In this document: positions 41,734 to 51,828 of the stretch, piece after piece
Layout of the letters: every line of letters begins with the position of its first letter
Numbering within the stretch: the first letter of the stretch is position 1
Source of the DNA: a candidate division WOR-3 bacterium
GTDB taxonomy: Bacteria; Hydrothermota; UBA3072
Reading direction: 5' to 3'
DNA length: 64,000 bases
Assembly: GCA_039804165.1 (NCBI GenBank)
Contig: JBDRZZ010000001.1
Location: 28,962-92,961, forward strand
Notes under the pieces: generated by a model
The model's input: the letters and a program-made list of their open reading frames with translations, nothing else
Databases searched by the model: none
What the model was told of the DNA's origin: nothing
Made by a program: the position numbers and the translations under genes

Positions 41734-42470
41734 TTGAAGTGAAGAATGTATGGAAAAGTTTTGAGAGGAATGAAGTTCTCCGAGGAGTTAGTATTAATAT
41801 TGATAAAGGAGAAACTGTTGCGATTGTTGGCTCAAGTGGTTGTGGAAAAACCGTTCTTCTAAAGCATATTCTTGGCCTCCTTCAACCTGATAAGGGAGAA
41901 GTTTGGGTTGATGGGATTAATATAAATGAAAATTTATCTCATCTTTTTGAAATCAGGAAAAAATTTGGAATGGTTTTTCAGAGTTCTGCGCTTTTTGATT
42001 CTTTAACAGTTCTTGAGAATGTGATTATTGGAATAAGAGAACATTTCCCTAAAATGGATATAAAGAAAATGGAAGAGATTGGAAGGGAGAAATTAGCTCT
42101 TGTTGGGCTAACTGAGGAATCTTTTGATAAGAAACCCCAGGAACTTTCTGGAGGAATGAAAAAAAGAGTAGCGATTGCAAGAGCAATAAGTCTTGATCCG
42201 GATTACATTATATATGATGAGCCTACAACAGGGCTTGACCCTATAATGTGCGATAAAATGAATAATTTGATGATTCATCTTAAGGAGCAACTTGGAAAAA
42301 CAACAATTATGGTAACTCATGACCTACATTCCGCTTTTAAAGTGGCTGATAGAATAGCAATGCTTTCGGAAGGTAAGATCGTCTTTGATGGAACTCCAGG
42401 GGAAGCTCTAAAGACAAAAAATATTAGTATGAAAATGTTTATAAAGAGTAGTTCTTTATCTCTTGATTAA
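41730..42470 (+). CDS. ABC transporter ATP-binding protein (MlaF/MetN-like ATPase). No cognate permease in the window.
   Basis: 'GSSGCGKT' Walker A, 'LSGGMKKRVAIARA' signature, 'IIYDEPTTGLD' Walker B. Confidence 0.75.
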   Translation: MIEVKNVWKSFERNEVLRGVSINIDKGETVAIVGSSGCGKTVLLKHILGLLQPDKGEVWVDGININENLSHLFEIRKKFGMVFQSSALFDSLTVLENVIIGIREHFPKMDIKKMEEIGREKLALVGLTEESFDKKPQELSGGMKKRVAIARAISLDPDYIIYDEPTTGLDPIMCDKMNNLMIHLKEQLGKTTIMVTHDLHSAFKVADRIAMLSEGKIVFDGTPGEALKTKNISMKMFIKSSSLSLD

Positions 42471-43795
42471 TGTTTATATGCAGTGAATGCGGATTTAAAT
42501 CTTTAAAGTGGTTTGGAAGGTGCCCCCAGTGTAAGAATTGGGAGACCTTTCTAGAGGTTGAAGAGAAAAAAGAAGAAAAGGTAAAATCAATTAAGGCCTT
42601 AACCCCTAAATTTTTGGGAGAAATTTCTATTAGAGAAGAAGAAAGAATTAAAACAGGAATTTCGGAATTTGATAGGGTGGTTGGCGGAGGGATTGTCTTG
42701 GGCTCTTTAATTCTTCTTTCTGGAGATCCTGGAATTGGGAAGTCCACTTTACTTCTTATGATTTGTGGTGCTCTTTCCAAGATTTGGAAAGTTTTATATG
42801 TTTCTGGAGAAGAATCTTTAGGACAAGTGAAAATGAGGGCAGAGCGGTTGGGTTTAGGGAAAGAAAAAATTTTAATGGTTTCAGAAACAGACATTGAGAG
42901 TATTTTCTCTTTAATAAATAAAGAGCGTCCAAACCTTGTTGTAATTGATTCTATTCAAGTTATGTCTTTTCAGGATGGAAGAGGAATCCCAGGCTCGGTT
43001 TCACTTGTTAGGGAAATTACCTCTGGGCTAGTAGAAATTGCAAAGAAAAATAATATCACAATTTTTATTGTTGGACATATCACAAAGTCAGGAAATATTG
43101 CTGGTCCAATGACATTAGAGCATATGGTAGATACAGTTCTTTTTATGGAAGGCGAAAGCACTCATTCCTTCCGATTATTACGTTCACGAAAAAATCGTTT
43201 TGGCCCAACCAATGAAATTGGAATATTTGATATGGATGAAAAAGGATTGAAAGAAGTTCCAAATCCTTCCTTATATCTTATTTCTGGGAAAGAAGAAAAA
43301 GCTTCAGGTTCGGTAATTACTCCTACTGTAGAAGGGACAAGGCCTCTTTTAGTAGAAATTCAAGCTCTTGTTATACCAACGCGCTTTTCTTATCCTCAAA
43401 GAATTGCAAGGGGTTTTAATGAAAGGAAACTTGACCTTTTATTAGCTGTCTTACAGAAGAGACTTATGATAGAGATGGGAGGATATGATGTTTACTGTAA
43501 CATAGCAGGAGGTATAAATATTTTTGAACCTTCTATTGACCTTGGAATTATTATTTCTATTTTATCCAGCTTATTAGATAAGCCTATTAGCTCTAGTCTT
43601 TGTGTGGTGGGAGAAGTGGGTCTTGCTGGAGAAGTAAGAGCAGTTCCATTTATACCAAGCAGAATTCAAGAAGCGAAAAGAATTGGTTTTAAAAAGATGA
43701 TTATTCCCTCAAAAGCAGGGGATTTGAAGTCTGAAGAGATTGAGCTTCTGAAAGTTAATAATATTAATGAAGCAAAGGAGTTTTGTGGTTTATGA
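42470..43795 (+). CDS. radA: DNA repair protein RadA/Sms.
   Basis: N-terminal Zn-finger 'CSECGFKSLKWFGRCPQC', RecA-like 'GDPGIGKST', and a Lon-like C-domain. Confidence 0.9.
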   Translation: MFICSECGFKSLKWFGRCPQCKNWETFLEVEEKKEEKVKSIKALTPKFLGEISIREEERIKTGISEFDRVVGGGIVLGSLILLSGDPGIGKSTLLLMICGALSKIWKVLYVSGEESLGQVKMRAERLGLGKEKILMVSETDIESIFSLINKERPNLVVIDSIQVMSFQDGRGIPGSVSLVREITSGLVEIAKKNNITIFIVGHITKSGNIAGPMTLEHMVDTVLFMEGESTHSFRLLRSRKNRFGPTNEIGIFDMDEKGLKEVPNPSLYLISGKEEKASGSVITPTVEGTRPLLVEIQALVIPTRFSYPQRIARGFNERKLDLLLAVLQKRLMIEMGGYDVYCNIAGGINIFEPSIDLGIIISILSSLLDKPISSSLCVVGEVGLAGEVRAVPFIPSRIQEAKRIGFKKMIIPSKAGDLKSEEIELLKVNNINEAKEFCGL

Positions 43796-44418
43796 TTCTC
43801 TCTACAATTATTCTTGGATTTTTGGGATGGGTTATTGCACTTTTGCTTTTGTATAGGAATATTAAAATTGAAGGAGGGAAAAGTTATAAGGCTGTGCATT
43901 TATCAGCCATTAAGGATGGAAGAGTTGGAGAGTTGTTCAAATTTGGTATTCTTGAAGGAATTCCGGTTATATCGGAAAAGGATATAAAAAAGATTGATGA
44001 GTTTTTAGAAAGTAATGAATTGCCTGAAGGTTTTAAGGATAGATTGAGAATTTTCAAGGGTCTTAAACCAAAAGTTATTAAGGAAGAGTTACCTCTTTTT
44101 TGCAGGAAATTAGGTTGTCCAGCGGTTGTTTCAGGAGAAGTAAAAGATGAGCTTGAAATTCAAGGGATTAAATGTATTGACATAAAAGTCCTTGATAAAA
44201 TTGGGAGGCCTAACTTATTAAGGGGCGAGAAGATTAGAGTTAATTATGTGGATTATGGTTATGACAAAGCAGAGGGTTTTTTAGAAGATGGGACAATTGT
44301 GGAGATAAAAGGGAATTTTCCAGAAGAGCGTCCCGTTTCTATTGAGTGTATTGTGGAAGGGGTAATAGAAAGTAAGTTTAAAAGAAAGGTTTTTGCGAGA
44401 TTTAAAGGAAATGATTGA
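43783..44418 (+). CDS. Membrane-anchored TRAM-domain protein (YacL-like, lacking an obvious PIN domain).
   Basis: N-terminal TM segment, then a C-terminal beta-barrel-like 'GEKIRVNYVDYGYDKAEGFLEDGTIVEIKG'. It sits at the position YacL occupies after radA. Confidence 0.35.
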   Translation: MWFMILSTIILGFLGWVIALLLLYRNIKIEGGKSYKAVHLSAIKDGRVGELFKFGILEGIPVISEKDIKKIDEFLESNELPEGFKDRLRIFKGLKPKVIKEELPLFCRKLGCPAVVSGEVKDELEIQGIKCIDIKVLDKIGRPNLLRGEKIRVNYVDYGYDKAEGFLEDGTIVEIKGNFPEERPVSIECIVEGVIESKFKRKVFARFKGND

Positions 44419-45085
44419 AGCTATAATTGTGGCTGGAGGAAGAGGGGAGAGAATGGGCGGTGTCTATAAACAGTTTTCTTTATTGGGTAATAAGCCAGTA
44501 TTTCTTTATTCCTTAGAAAGATTTATTGAGTATGGAGTAAACAGCGTTATTCTTGTAGTTCCTAAAGAAAAGGTTTCATTTGTTAAAGAGTTAGTTGAGG
44601 AATTTAGAGAGAAAGTTAAAGTTGTAGTGGGTGGAGAAAGGAGACAAGATTCGGTTTATAGTGGGTTTAAAGAGAGTTCTGGAGAATTAATTTTAATTCA
44701 TGATGCAGTTCGTCCTTTTGTTAGTGTTGATATAATTCGGGAAGTGGTAGAGGGGGTAAAAAAGGTAGGAATTTGTGCTCCGGGAATTCCGGTTAAAGAC
44801 ACTTTAAAGCTATACAAGAAGGATGAAATTTTATGGACATTAGAAAGGAGGAACTTGCTTCAAGTTCAGACTCCACAAGGTTTCAGAAGAGAAATTTTAA
44901 AGGAGATTGTAGATTTATACTCAAAGTATTCTTTTACAGATGAACTGGCTTTTGCCGAGAGGCTAAATTACAAAATTTGCTGGGTAAAAGGTGATCCTAT
45001 GAACATAAAAATTACTTACCAAGATGATATGGAACTTGCCAAAGCGATTTTAGAATACAGGAAAAATTATGGGAATAAGTTTTAG
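44393..45085 (+). CDS. ispD: 2-C-methyl-D-erythritol 4-phosphate cytidylyltransferase.
   Basis: 'AIIVAGGRGERMG...KQF' N-terminal motif. 230 aa. Confidence 0.8.
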   Translation: MRDLKEMIEAIIVAGGRGERMGGVYKQFSLLGNKPVFLYSLERFIEYGVNSVILVVPKEKVSFVKELVEEFREKVKVVVGGERRQDSVYSGFKESSGELILIHDAVRPFVSVDIIREVVEGVKKVGICAPGIPVKDTLKLYKKDEILWTLERRNLLQVQTPQGFRREILKEIVDLYSKYSFTDELAFAERLNYKICWVKGDPMNIKITYQDDMELAKAILEYRKNYGNKF

Positions 45086-45108
45086 TTTTATGAACCAAGG
45101 AGATGTAA

Positions 45109-46425
45109 ATGAGAATTGCTGGAGTTCATATTGAAAGAGCAATTTTAGTAATAAGAGAGAAAGAAAGAGGAAAAATATCTTTTTTGAGGTTTCAGTCTCT
45201 AAATGAGTTATTTAAGTCAAGAGAAATAAAAAGATGTAATGAGATATATGTAAATGCTGGAGAAAATAATTTTCTCGTAAAAATAAAAAATTTTTCAAAT
45301 AGAGATCCTGAAGAAGCTAAAAATTTTGTAATAAAAAACTTGAGTGAATTTACAATTGGGAGAGGAAAAGATTATATAACCAAAGTTTTTGCAATTCCTA
45401 AAGGAGATGGTTCTATTATCTATGTTGTTGAGGGTAAAGAGGAAGAGATAAGAAAAAGAATTACCACCTTACCAATAGAAAATTACTTAATTTCCGGGAT
45501 TATTCCAGATAATTTTGCAATTGCCTATCCTTTTATGGAAGAAGAAAAAATAGAGAATATAGTTTTAGTTGTTGAAATTGGAAGAGGAGAGTTTATTTTT
45601 ACATACCTTGAAGATAGGAAAATTACATTCACGAGAAGTGTTTTTTATGAAGAAAAAGAAAAGATAAGTTCTCTAAAGAAAGAATTAGATATTTTATTAA
45701 ATAAAGTAGGCTCGGTAAAGAAAATCTACTTTACTGGTGATATTAGTGATAAAGAGATAAAGGAATTGAAGAAAGATTTCTATTCTTATAAAACCAAAAT
45801 TAAAGGGATTTATACTACAAAAGGTCTCCCCCCTGAAGCGATTCTTGCATATGGGCTCTCACTTGCTCCAATTATGAAGTTTGAAAACGATCTCACGCCA
45901 AAGTTTCTTATCGGAATAAAGGAAGAACGGAGAAGAGAGTTAAGAATAAAGAAATTCTTAATAAGTGTAGTTTATTTTTTTAGTATTTTAATATCTATCC
46001 CTATATTTTTATTAATTACGGGGAAGATTTGGATTTTTGTTTTTAATCAGCGAATTGATAGATTAAATACTTCATATGAAAGGGCAAGGAAGATGGAAAT
46101 TAAAGTTATGAAGTTGAAGGAGAAGCTAAGGCTGAATGAAGAAATAAGGAGAGGAGTTTCTTGGGGTAAGTTTCTTTTTGAAATATCTAGGTGTATTCCA
46201 GATGATGTTTGTTTGCTTGGGCTTGAGAGTGAACCAAAAATTGAAGAGAGAAAGAAAGGATTTGTTGTGAATCTAATTGGGATAGGAAAAACCCATGAAG
46301 CTATTATGGAGTTTTGTTCTAAAATTCAAGATATTGGGATGGTAAGCGAGATAAATATCAAAAAGATAAAAACGGAAAAAGGTGTAATAAATTTTGATTT
46401 TGCTATAACCTTATATTCCGAATAA
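45109..46425 (+). CDS. Putative type IV pilus assembly PilM-PilN fusion protein.
   Basis: N-terminal actin-like ATPase-fold region starting 'IAGVHIERAILVI'. A mid-protein Arg-rich stretch 'KEERRRELRIKK' is followed by a single TM helix and a coiled coil, as in PilN. It is convergent with the pilin/secretin operon. Confidence 0.4.
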   Translation: MRIAGVHIERAILVIREKERGKISFLRFQSLNELFKSREIKRCNEIYVNAGENNFLVKIKNFSNRDPEEAKNFVIKNLSEFTIGRGKDYITKVFAIPKGDGSIIYVVEGKEEEIRKRITTLPIENYLISGIIPDNFAIAYPFMEEEKIENIVLVVEIGRGEFIFTYLEDRKITFTRSVFYEEKEKISSLKKELDILLNKVGSVKKIYFTGDISDKEIKELKKDFYSYKTKIKGIYTTKGLPPEAILAYGLSLAPIMKFENDLTPKFLIGIKEERRRELRIKKFLISVVYFFSILISIPIFLLITGKIWIFVFNQRIDRLNTSYERARKMEIKVMKLKEKLRLNEEIRRGVSWGKFLFEISRCIPDDVCLLGLESEPKIEERKKGFVVNLIGIGKTHEAIMEFCSKIQDIGMVSEINIKKIKTEKGVINFDFAITLYSE

Positions 46426-46966
46426 AAACACCACTTTTTAAATGGATTGTGGTTCTTCCTTTTTTAAGTTTTATTTCCCAATCTATAACTTTTATTTTTT
46501 TAAGACTCAATAAATCAAGAGGTAGATAGTAAACCGGGGGAGAACTTTCATTAAGAAAATTAGGTGAAAGATAATATATAAATTTAAAAGAGATAACCTT
46601 TATTTCTTTTGAAACTATTTTTTCCTTCGATTTAAATAAAAGAGAATCTCTCCAAGAAAAAGAAGAAATTTTACCTTCTTCATTTAAAAAAGTAAGACTA
46701 TCTTCGTCCGCGAATATAATTTCACATGCATTTATTAAGTTCCTTTGGATTATGTTAGATATTTTTACCCCCTCTTCTGTTAATTCATCTTTCCATCTAT
46801 TTTCATTTGTTCTTCTATATATCTGAAAGAGGGTAGTGAAAAGAACCGTGCTTAGAATACTGAAAATAAAAAGGGCAAATATTAACTCTATTAAAGTAAA
46901 AGCTTTATTTTTAACGAGACGTTGAGTAAAAATACTTGGAGTATTCCTGGATTTCTTTATTTTCAT
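46403..46966 (-). CDS. Prepilin-type N-terminal cleavage/methylation domain protein (pseudopilin).
   Basis: 'KAFTLIELIFALFIFSIL' class-III signal motif. Confidence 0.6.
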   Translation of the reverse strand: MKIKKSRNTPSIFTQRLVKNKAFTLIELIFALFIFSILSTVLFTTLFQIYRRTNENRWKDELTEEGVKISNIIQRNLINACEIIFADEDSLTFLNEEGKISSFSWRDSLLFKSKEKIVSKEIKVISFKFIYYLSPNFLNESSPPVYYLPLDLLSLKKIKVIDWEIKLKKGRTTIHLKSGVFIRNIRL

Positions 46967-46989
46967 CCTAAACCCTAATTTATATCATC

Positions 46990-47322
46990 CTATAGTTCCT
47001 TCAGGAATTGAATTGCCAAAATTCTTTTCTTGTTTACATAAACTTTAACACTACATAAAGGTGGAAGTTCTTTATTCATTTTTAGAATCGTCTCATAAAT
47101 TATTTTATCTAACGTATCTACGCTAACAGTGTCCTTCTGAGAATCTATTCCTCCAAGAGTATGCTCAGCTTTTTTTCTTGCAAGAAGTAAAGCAACTTCT
47201 TTCTTTCTTATATTCTCTGAAAAGGAGAGACTTTTTATAAGGAATTGATAAAGAGAAAGAAAAGCAATCGCGATAATTGTTATTGAAATAATAATTTCTA
47301 TAAGAGTGAACCCTTTTTTCAC
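46990..47322 (-). CDS. Type IV pilin / pseudopilin (110 aa).
   Basis: Start reassigned to the GTG at 47322-47320, which overlaps the upstream stop (GTGA). Product begins 'MKKGFTLIEIIISITIIAIAF', a canonical prepilin leader plus GFTLIE motif. The track ORF extending to 47469 overlaps the upstream gene. Confidence 0.6.
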   Translation of the reverse strand: MKKGFTLIEIIISITIIAIAFLSLYQFLIKSLSFSENIRKKEVALLLARKKAEHTLGGIDSQKDTVSVDTLDKIIYETILKMNKELPPLCSVKVYVNKKRILAIQFLKEL

Positions 47323-48542
47323 ATTAATTTCCAGCTTTTTCTTTTTATCTTCTGTGTGTTTAAATAGTAGGATAGACAAATTGATTCCGGAATTTCTCCT
47401 ATGATTTCTCCCTCGAGCACATTTCCATAATGTCCATTTGAGCTTCTTCCATAAAGAGAATGGGCACATAAAAGGCCTTCCAGTTTACCTTGAATATTAA
47501 TTTTACCTGTTGAATATAATAATCCTTTACATTTAGCATATTTTTCTACTAAGATTATATTTTGATAACCGCCTGCAATAGTTTTCTCTGCTATAGATAT
47601 TGCACTCCCACAAAAGGAGGCTGATTCGGTGAATTTTATTTGATTTGTCTCTCCATAAGCAATCAAAACCGACGAGTTTTCCACCTGAGAGAATTCCGCA
47701 ACTCTAATTTCGTTTTCTGAGATAATCTCTCCTGAAAAATAACTGTATCCACTTAAAATAACTGAATTTGCAGAAAAAATAGAGACATTATACAACTTTG
47801 AATCATTTTGTATTCTCACCTCTCCATAAGCAATAAGAGTAAGATTCTTAAGAATTCCATTTTCTATTATTATGTCTGAAGAGCTTATAATTGTTTTTTT
47901 GTAGTCAAAAGTATCACTCTGAAAGAATACAACATCATTAACGAAAATAATTTCTTTCTCTGGAACTTTCTTTTTGTCGTTAAAAATCTGAGGGGAGAAT
48001 AGCTCAGTATCTGCCTTAAAGGGAGATTGAATGTATGCGGTAAATAAACTAATTTTCTCTTTTATTGCAGTTATATTTAAAGAAGGTAGCTTCTCTCCAA
48101 CCATAATGTTACCATTTATATATCCATATATTTCTGGTTTTTGAGTTGTTTCTAAGATTATCCTAACATCAGCAATACTTGAGTCTAATTTTGACCCATA
48201 TTCTGAGAGAACAGTGACTTTTTCCTTTTTAAATTTTCCCGTGGATTCTATTTCCATAAAACCCTTTTCTATTTTTGCTTTAATTGTTAATTCTCCTCCA
48301 AAGAGTGTGTCTGTTTCTTTGTGTTCCGAAGAAGGTAAAATCTTTGAGATTTTTGCCGATCCCGAAGAGGCAATATAAAAAGCTTGCTCCCAATCAACAT
48401 ATTTATTCAATCTCCAAAATTGGTGATTGGTTATTAGTAAGAAAGAGCCTAATAATGAAGAAATTACGAAAATAATATTTAAAGTAAGAACAAGAGAAAA
48501 ACCTCTATTTAAAATTAATTGTCTTTTTGCCATATTCATCAA
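47319..48542 (-). CDS. PilX-like minor pilin / pilus-associated protein.
   Basis: N-terminus 'KRQLILNRGFSLVLTLNIIFVISSLLGSFLL' resembles the PilX_N domain. Large beta-rich C-terminal region. Confidence 0.4.
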   Translation of the reverse strand: MMNMAKRQLILNRGFSLVLTLNIIFVISSLLGSFLLITNHQFWRLNKYVDWEQAFYIASSGSAKISKILPSSEHKETDTLFGGELTIKAKIEKGFMEIESTGKFKKEKVTVLSEYGSKLDSSIADVRIILETTQKPEIYGYINGNIMVGEKLPSLNITAIKEKISLFTAYIQSPFKADTELFSPQIFNDKKKVPEKEIIFVNDVVFFQSDTFDYKKTIISSSDIIIENGILKNLTLIAYGEVRIQNDSKLYNVSIFSANSVILSGYSYFSGEIISENEIRVAEFSQVENSSVLIAYGETNQIKFTESASFCGSAISIAEKTIAGGYQNIILVEKYAKCKGLLYSTGKINIQGKLEGLLCAHSLYGRSSNGHYGNVLEGEIIGEIPESICLSYYLNTQKIKRKSWKLM

Positions 48543-48900
48543 CTATAATTTTATCTGGATAGATTTTTAGAATCTTTATATTGTTTATTTTATCTCCTTC
48601 TTTTACGAAAATTGTCTTTTCTCCATTTATACTAATTGCAGCAGAAGGTTTTTTAGGATCCCATAAGATTGCTTTAATAGTAATAGAAGAAGTTTTCTTA
48701 AATTTTGAGATTTCTCCTGAAAAATTTGTTTTATATCTAAAAGGATCTCTTTCTATTTTTGGGATTTCTACATTTTTTTTCTTTTTAAAATTTATTTCAA
48801 TTTTAGGGAAAGAGGAACTTGGTTCTTTTGGTAAGGTAACATAAAATGCAATTATAAAAATTAAGAATAATAAATATCCTACTATTTTATTTGTCGACAT
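48505..48900 (-). CDS. Hypothetical single-pass membrane protein in the pilus cluster.
   Basis: N-terminal TM 'IVGYLLFLIFIIAFYV'. Operon context only. Confidence 0.3.
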   Translation of the reverse strand: MSTNKIVGYLLFLIFIIAFYVTLPKEPSSSFPKIEINFKKKKNVEIPKIERDPFRYKTNFSGEISKFKKTSSITIKAILWDPKKPSAAISINGEKTIFVKEGDKINNIKILKIYPDKIIVDEYGKKTINFK

Positions 48901-49387
48901 TATCTAAAAGAAAAAGTCTTAAACGAAGTTGAAGAGTTATTCCTTCTTGACCTCTTGATAGTTTTATTTTCTCTATCCGAGTTTCTTCTAATTTCAGTTG
49001 ATATAAGAATGAACAAATTTCAGAATATTTTCCTAAGAGTTCCAAATCCACAGTAACATAAGAAAAGGGATTTGTTTTTATAACTGGAGAGTGAAGGATT
49101 GATATTATGGTGAGTCCTGAAGATTTAGCTAATGATAATAAGTGGGTTATGCCTTCTGATGGTGTTTTAAATTCTATATATTCTTTAAGTCTTTTTGATA
49201 AATACTTTTCTAAAGAAAAATAGTAACTATAAAGCGCCTCTCCGTGGGAGTACGAAAGAAACTTTTTTTCTGTGGCAAGGAGTATTTTATTATTTTCTTT
49301 TACTTTTTTCACTAAATTGCTGAATAGAAAAAAATAAATTATAAGGATTACTATCCCTGCGGAAATGACTCTACGATATTTACTCAT
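48887..49387 (-). CDS. PilO-like pilus assembly protein (tentative).
   Basis: 166 aa, N-terminal TM then a periplasmic domain. Assigned by position between the PilP-like gene and the pilin genes. Confidence 0.3.
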   Translation of the reverse strand: MSKYRRVISAGIVILIIYFFLFSNLVKKVKENNKILLATEKKFLSYSHGEALYSYYFSLEKYLSKRLKEYIEFKTPSEGITHLLSLAKSSGLTIISILHSPVIKTNPFSYVTVDLELLGKYSEICSFLYQLKLEETRIEKIKLSRGQEGITLQLRLRLFLLDNVDK

Positions 49388-49859
49388 TTTCTGAGTCTTC
49401 TACCTCTTCAGGTTCAGATGGAAGGGGTGGTTTTTCAGTTTTAGTGACTCTTTTTAAAATAGAAACCAAATTCCTTCCTGTGTTTTGAGAGAGAAAAGAA
49501 ACCACATCCTCCCATTTGCCTTTATATTTCGCTTCCGTTATTCCAACTATTGAAGAGCTCTCTTTTGCTTTTACTTTCGCAATAACTTCGTATATTTTAT
49601 AATCAGGGTTCTTAAGACCAGAAAGAGAAGAAGTTATGTGAAATTTAACAAAATATTTGGCCTTTAAGGAATCTTCCACAGGGATAAATTTGCCTTTTGA
49701 ATTCTTTAACACATAAAGTTGTGTTTTATCCCCTAAGATACCATATCTCCCAGAAATTTTTTCGAAATATATAGGTATTGTATCTGTCTTTTGGGAAGTT
49801 GCAAAATTAGATATGCAATTTATTACAAGTAAAATTACTAAAAAAAATAATTTTCTCAT
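49380..49859 (-). CDS. PilP-like lipoprotein (tentative).
   Basis: Signal peptide ending '...LLVINC'. About 160 aa with an acidic C-terminal tail. Immediately downstream of the secretin. Confidence 0.3.
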   Translation of the reverse strand: MRKLFFLVILLVINCISNFATSQKTDTIPIYFEKISGRYGILGDKTQLYVLKNSKGKFIPVEDSLKAKYFVKFHITSSLSGLKNPDYKIYEVIAKVKAKESSSIVGITEAKYKGKWEDVVSFLSQNTGRNLVSILKRVTKTEKPPLPSEPEEVEDSENE

Positions 49860-51622
49860 TCTGTCTTATTCCAAGGAATAACTTCAGGTGTTAAGTATAC
49901 AATTAACTCGGATTCATCTGTGTTAACGGATTGACTAGAAAAGAGAAAATCGCCAATAAGGGGAATATCTCCGAGGATTGGAATTTTATTTTTGGTGACA
50001 GTTTCCGTTTTATGAATTAGACCTCCTATTATTGCTGTTTCACCTTCTTGGAGTTTCAAGGTGGTTTTAACGGAACGTTTTGAGAGCTCTGGTAATCCTT
50101 CTGCACTAATTCCGGATATTGCTGAGACCTCTATTTCTACATCGGCAGTTACATCATTGTTTTTCCCCACCCAAGGAGTTATAAGTAGTTTAACACCCGC
50201 GTCTACTGAATGGACTTCAATTATTGGATTTTCTGGGGTGCCCACTCTTGTCCGATAAAATCCTTGCCATCCCACATTGATACTTGCTTTTTGTCCACTT
50301 ATTGTTACAATACTTGGTTCTGCATGCACCTTTGCTATCCCTTTTTGTTCAAGAGCATTTATCATTATCCTGAAATCTGCGGGAATTTTTATAGAGGTTC
50401 CAATATTGAGAGAGGAGGAAATATAATCCAATATTTCATCTATATCTTTTTTTGTAAATGTCAATTTGACCTCACCAGGAGCTAATTTTAAAGAGTCAAC
50501 GAGTTTTTCGCCTGCTTTTATTCCCAATTCTGATAATTTTTTTCTTGAAACTGAAAGAATAATAGCTCTCATTCTGACCCTTTTTGTAGGAATGTCAACT
50601 TCTTTTAAGAATTCTTCCACTTCTTGAAGCTGAGAAGGAGCCATTGAACAAAGTAGAGAGTTATGTTCTTCAACAACTTTTATATTAGAAGAGGGGATAG
50701 AAGGTGGCAATAGCTTGTATGCGTCTTCCGCTTTAAGGTATTTAAGCGGAACAAGAGTAACAGAAGATATTATTCCTTCCCCTGGAATTTTTCCTTCTAT
50801 TTTTCCTATTATATAAACATTTCCAGTCTTCTTATACCCATAACCTGTCCCTTTTAAAACAAGATTGAGGGTTTTACCAATAGGTTGGTCTTTTATATTT
50901 GCTGAAACCATTCCTGTAATTTCTCCATAAGTTACAATATTTATCCCAGTTTGCTGAGATAGCTCATCTATAAAATTTTGTAAATCCAGGTCTTTAACAT
51001 CTATAGTAATTAAAGTGTCTTGGCTTATTCTTATTCCACCGGTTGTCCTTCTCCTTATAGTTTTTCCTCGTTCTCTCTCTCTTCCTTCTGCTCTTATGAC
51101 TTCTATAATTTCATCTCTTTCTATAATTTCAAAGCCTTTTGAAGTGAGAAAGGCTTCTAATCCTTTTTTTATAGGGACTTCCTTAAGATAACCTGAAATT
51201 CTCATTTCTCTCACATTCTCTCCAGCTACTATTGTTAATCCACTTTTTTTTGAGATTTCTTTTAATAGACGCTCAATTTCTACATCTTCACAGTCAAGGG
51301 AGAGGAGACCATTTTCTACAATCACATCCATTTTTGGCGCTTTGCCTCTGATTAAATAATAAACATTTTCTTCTTTGGTAACAGAGCATCCAAGAGTTTG
51401 GGCTAACGTAGATAGAAGTTGATCCACTGTTACATCTGAGAGATAAAGCGTTACAGTCCCTTGGACATCCGCTTGTAGAACAACGTTCAATCCATATTGT
51501 TGGTTCAATAATTGAATAGCCTCTTGAGCCGGGAGATTCTCAAACGAAACAGAAATTTTTCTTTCATCCTCTGCCTTCAAGATTAGGAAAGCGAATATTA
51601 GAAAAGTAAATAATCGTTTCAT
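49856..51622 (-). CDS. pilQ: Type IV pilus / T2SS secretin (PilQ/GspD family).
   Basis: N-terminal STN domain 'QEAIQLLNQQYGLNVVLQADVQGTVTLY'. C-terminal secretin domain 'GETAIIGGLIHKTETVTKNKIPILGDIPLIGDFLF'. Confidence 0.8.
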   Translation of the reverse strand: MKRLFTFLIFAFLILKAEDERKISVSFENLPAQEAIQLLNQQYGLNVVLQADVQGTVTLYLSDVTVDQLLSTLAQTLGCSVTKEENVYYLIRGKAPKMDVIVENGLLSLDCEDVEIERLLKEISKKSGLTIVAGENVREMRISGYLKEVPIKKGLEAFLTSKGFEIIERDEIIEVIRAEGRERERGKTIRRRTTGGIRISQDTLITIDVKDLDLQNFIDELSQQTGINIVTYGEITGMVSANIKDQPIGKTLNLVLKGTGYGYKKTGNVYIIGKIEGKIPGEGIISSVTLVPLKYLKAEDAYKLLPPSIPSSNIKVVEEHNSLLCSMAPSQLQEVEEFLKEVDIPTKRVRMRAIILSVSRKKLSELGIKAGEKLVDSLKLAPGEVKLTFTKKDIDEILDYISSSLNIGTSIKIPADFRIMINALEQKGIAKVHAEPSIVTISGQKASINVGWQGFYRTRVGTPENPIIEVHSVDAGVKLLITPWVGKNNDVTADVEIEVSAISGISAEGLPELSKRSVKTTLKLQEGETAIIGGLIHKTETVTKNKIPILGDIPLIGDFLFSSQSVNTDESELIVYLTPEVIPWNKTE

Positions 51623-51828
51623 AACAAAAATATGATAGTATTTTTTTGTGAATTTGTCAAGTCTACTAATTTCTTATAAGATGCACATTTATTTATATAT
51701 ATTTAAGGAATAAGACTTATTTTTTCAATAGTTCTTTATGGGAAATTGAAGTTTCTATTTTTAGTTTTTAGTTTTAAAACCCAGGTTTCCTTATCCTTAA
51801 TAAAAAGTATTTTTAGAAATTTTTCATC

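Noticed and set aside
47323-47469. Long N-terminal extension of the pilin ORF (MCPFSLWKK...).
   Set aside because: It overlaps the upstream PilX-like gene. A GTG at 47322 gives the canonical short prepilin leader MKKGFTLIE.
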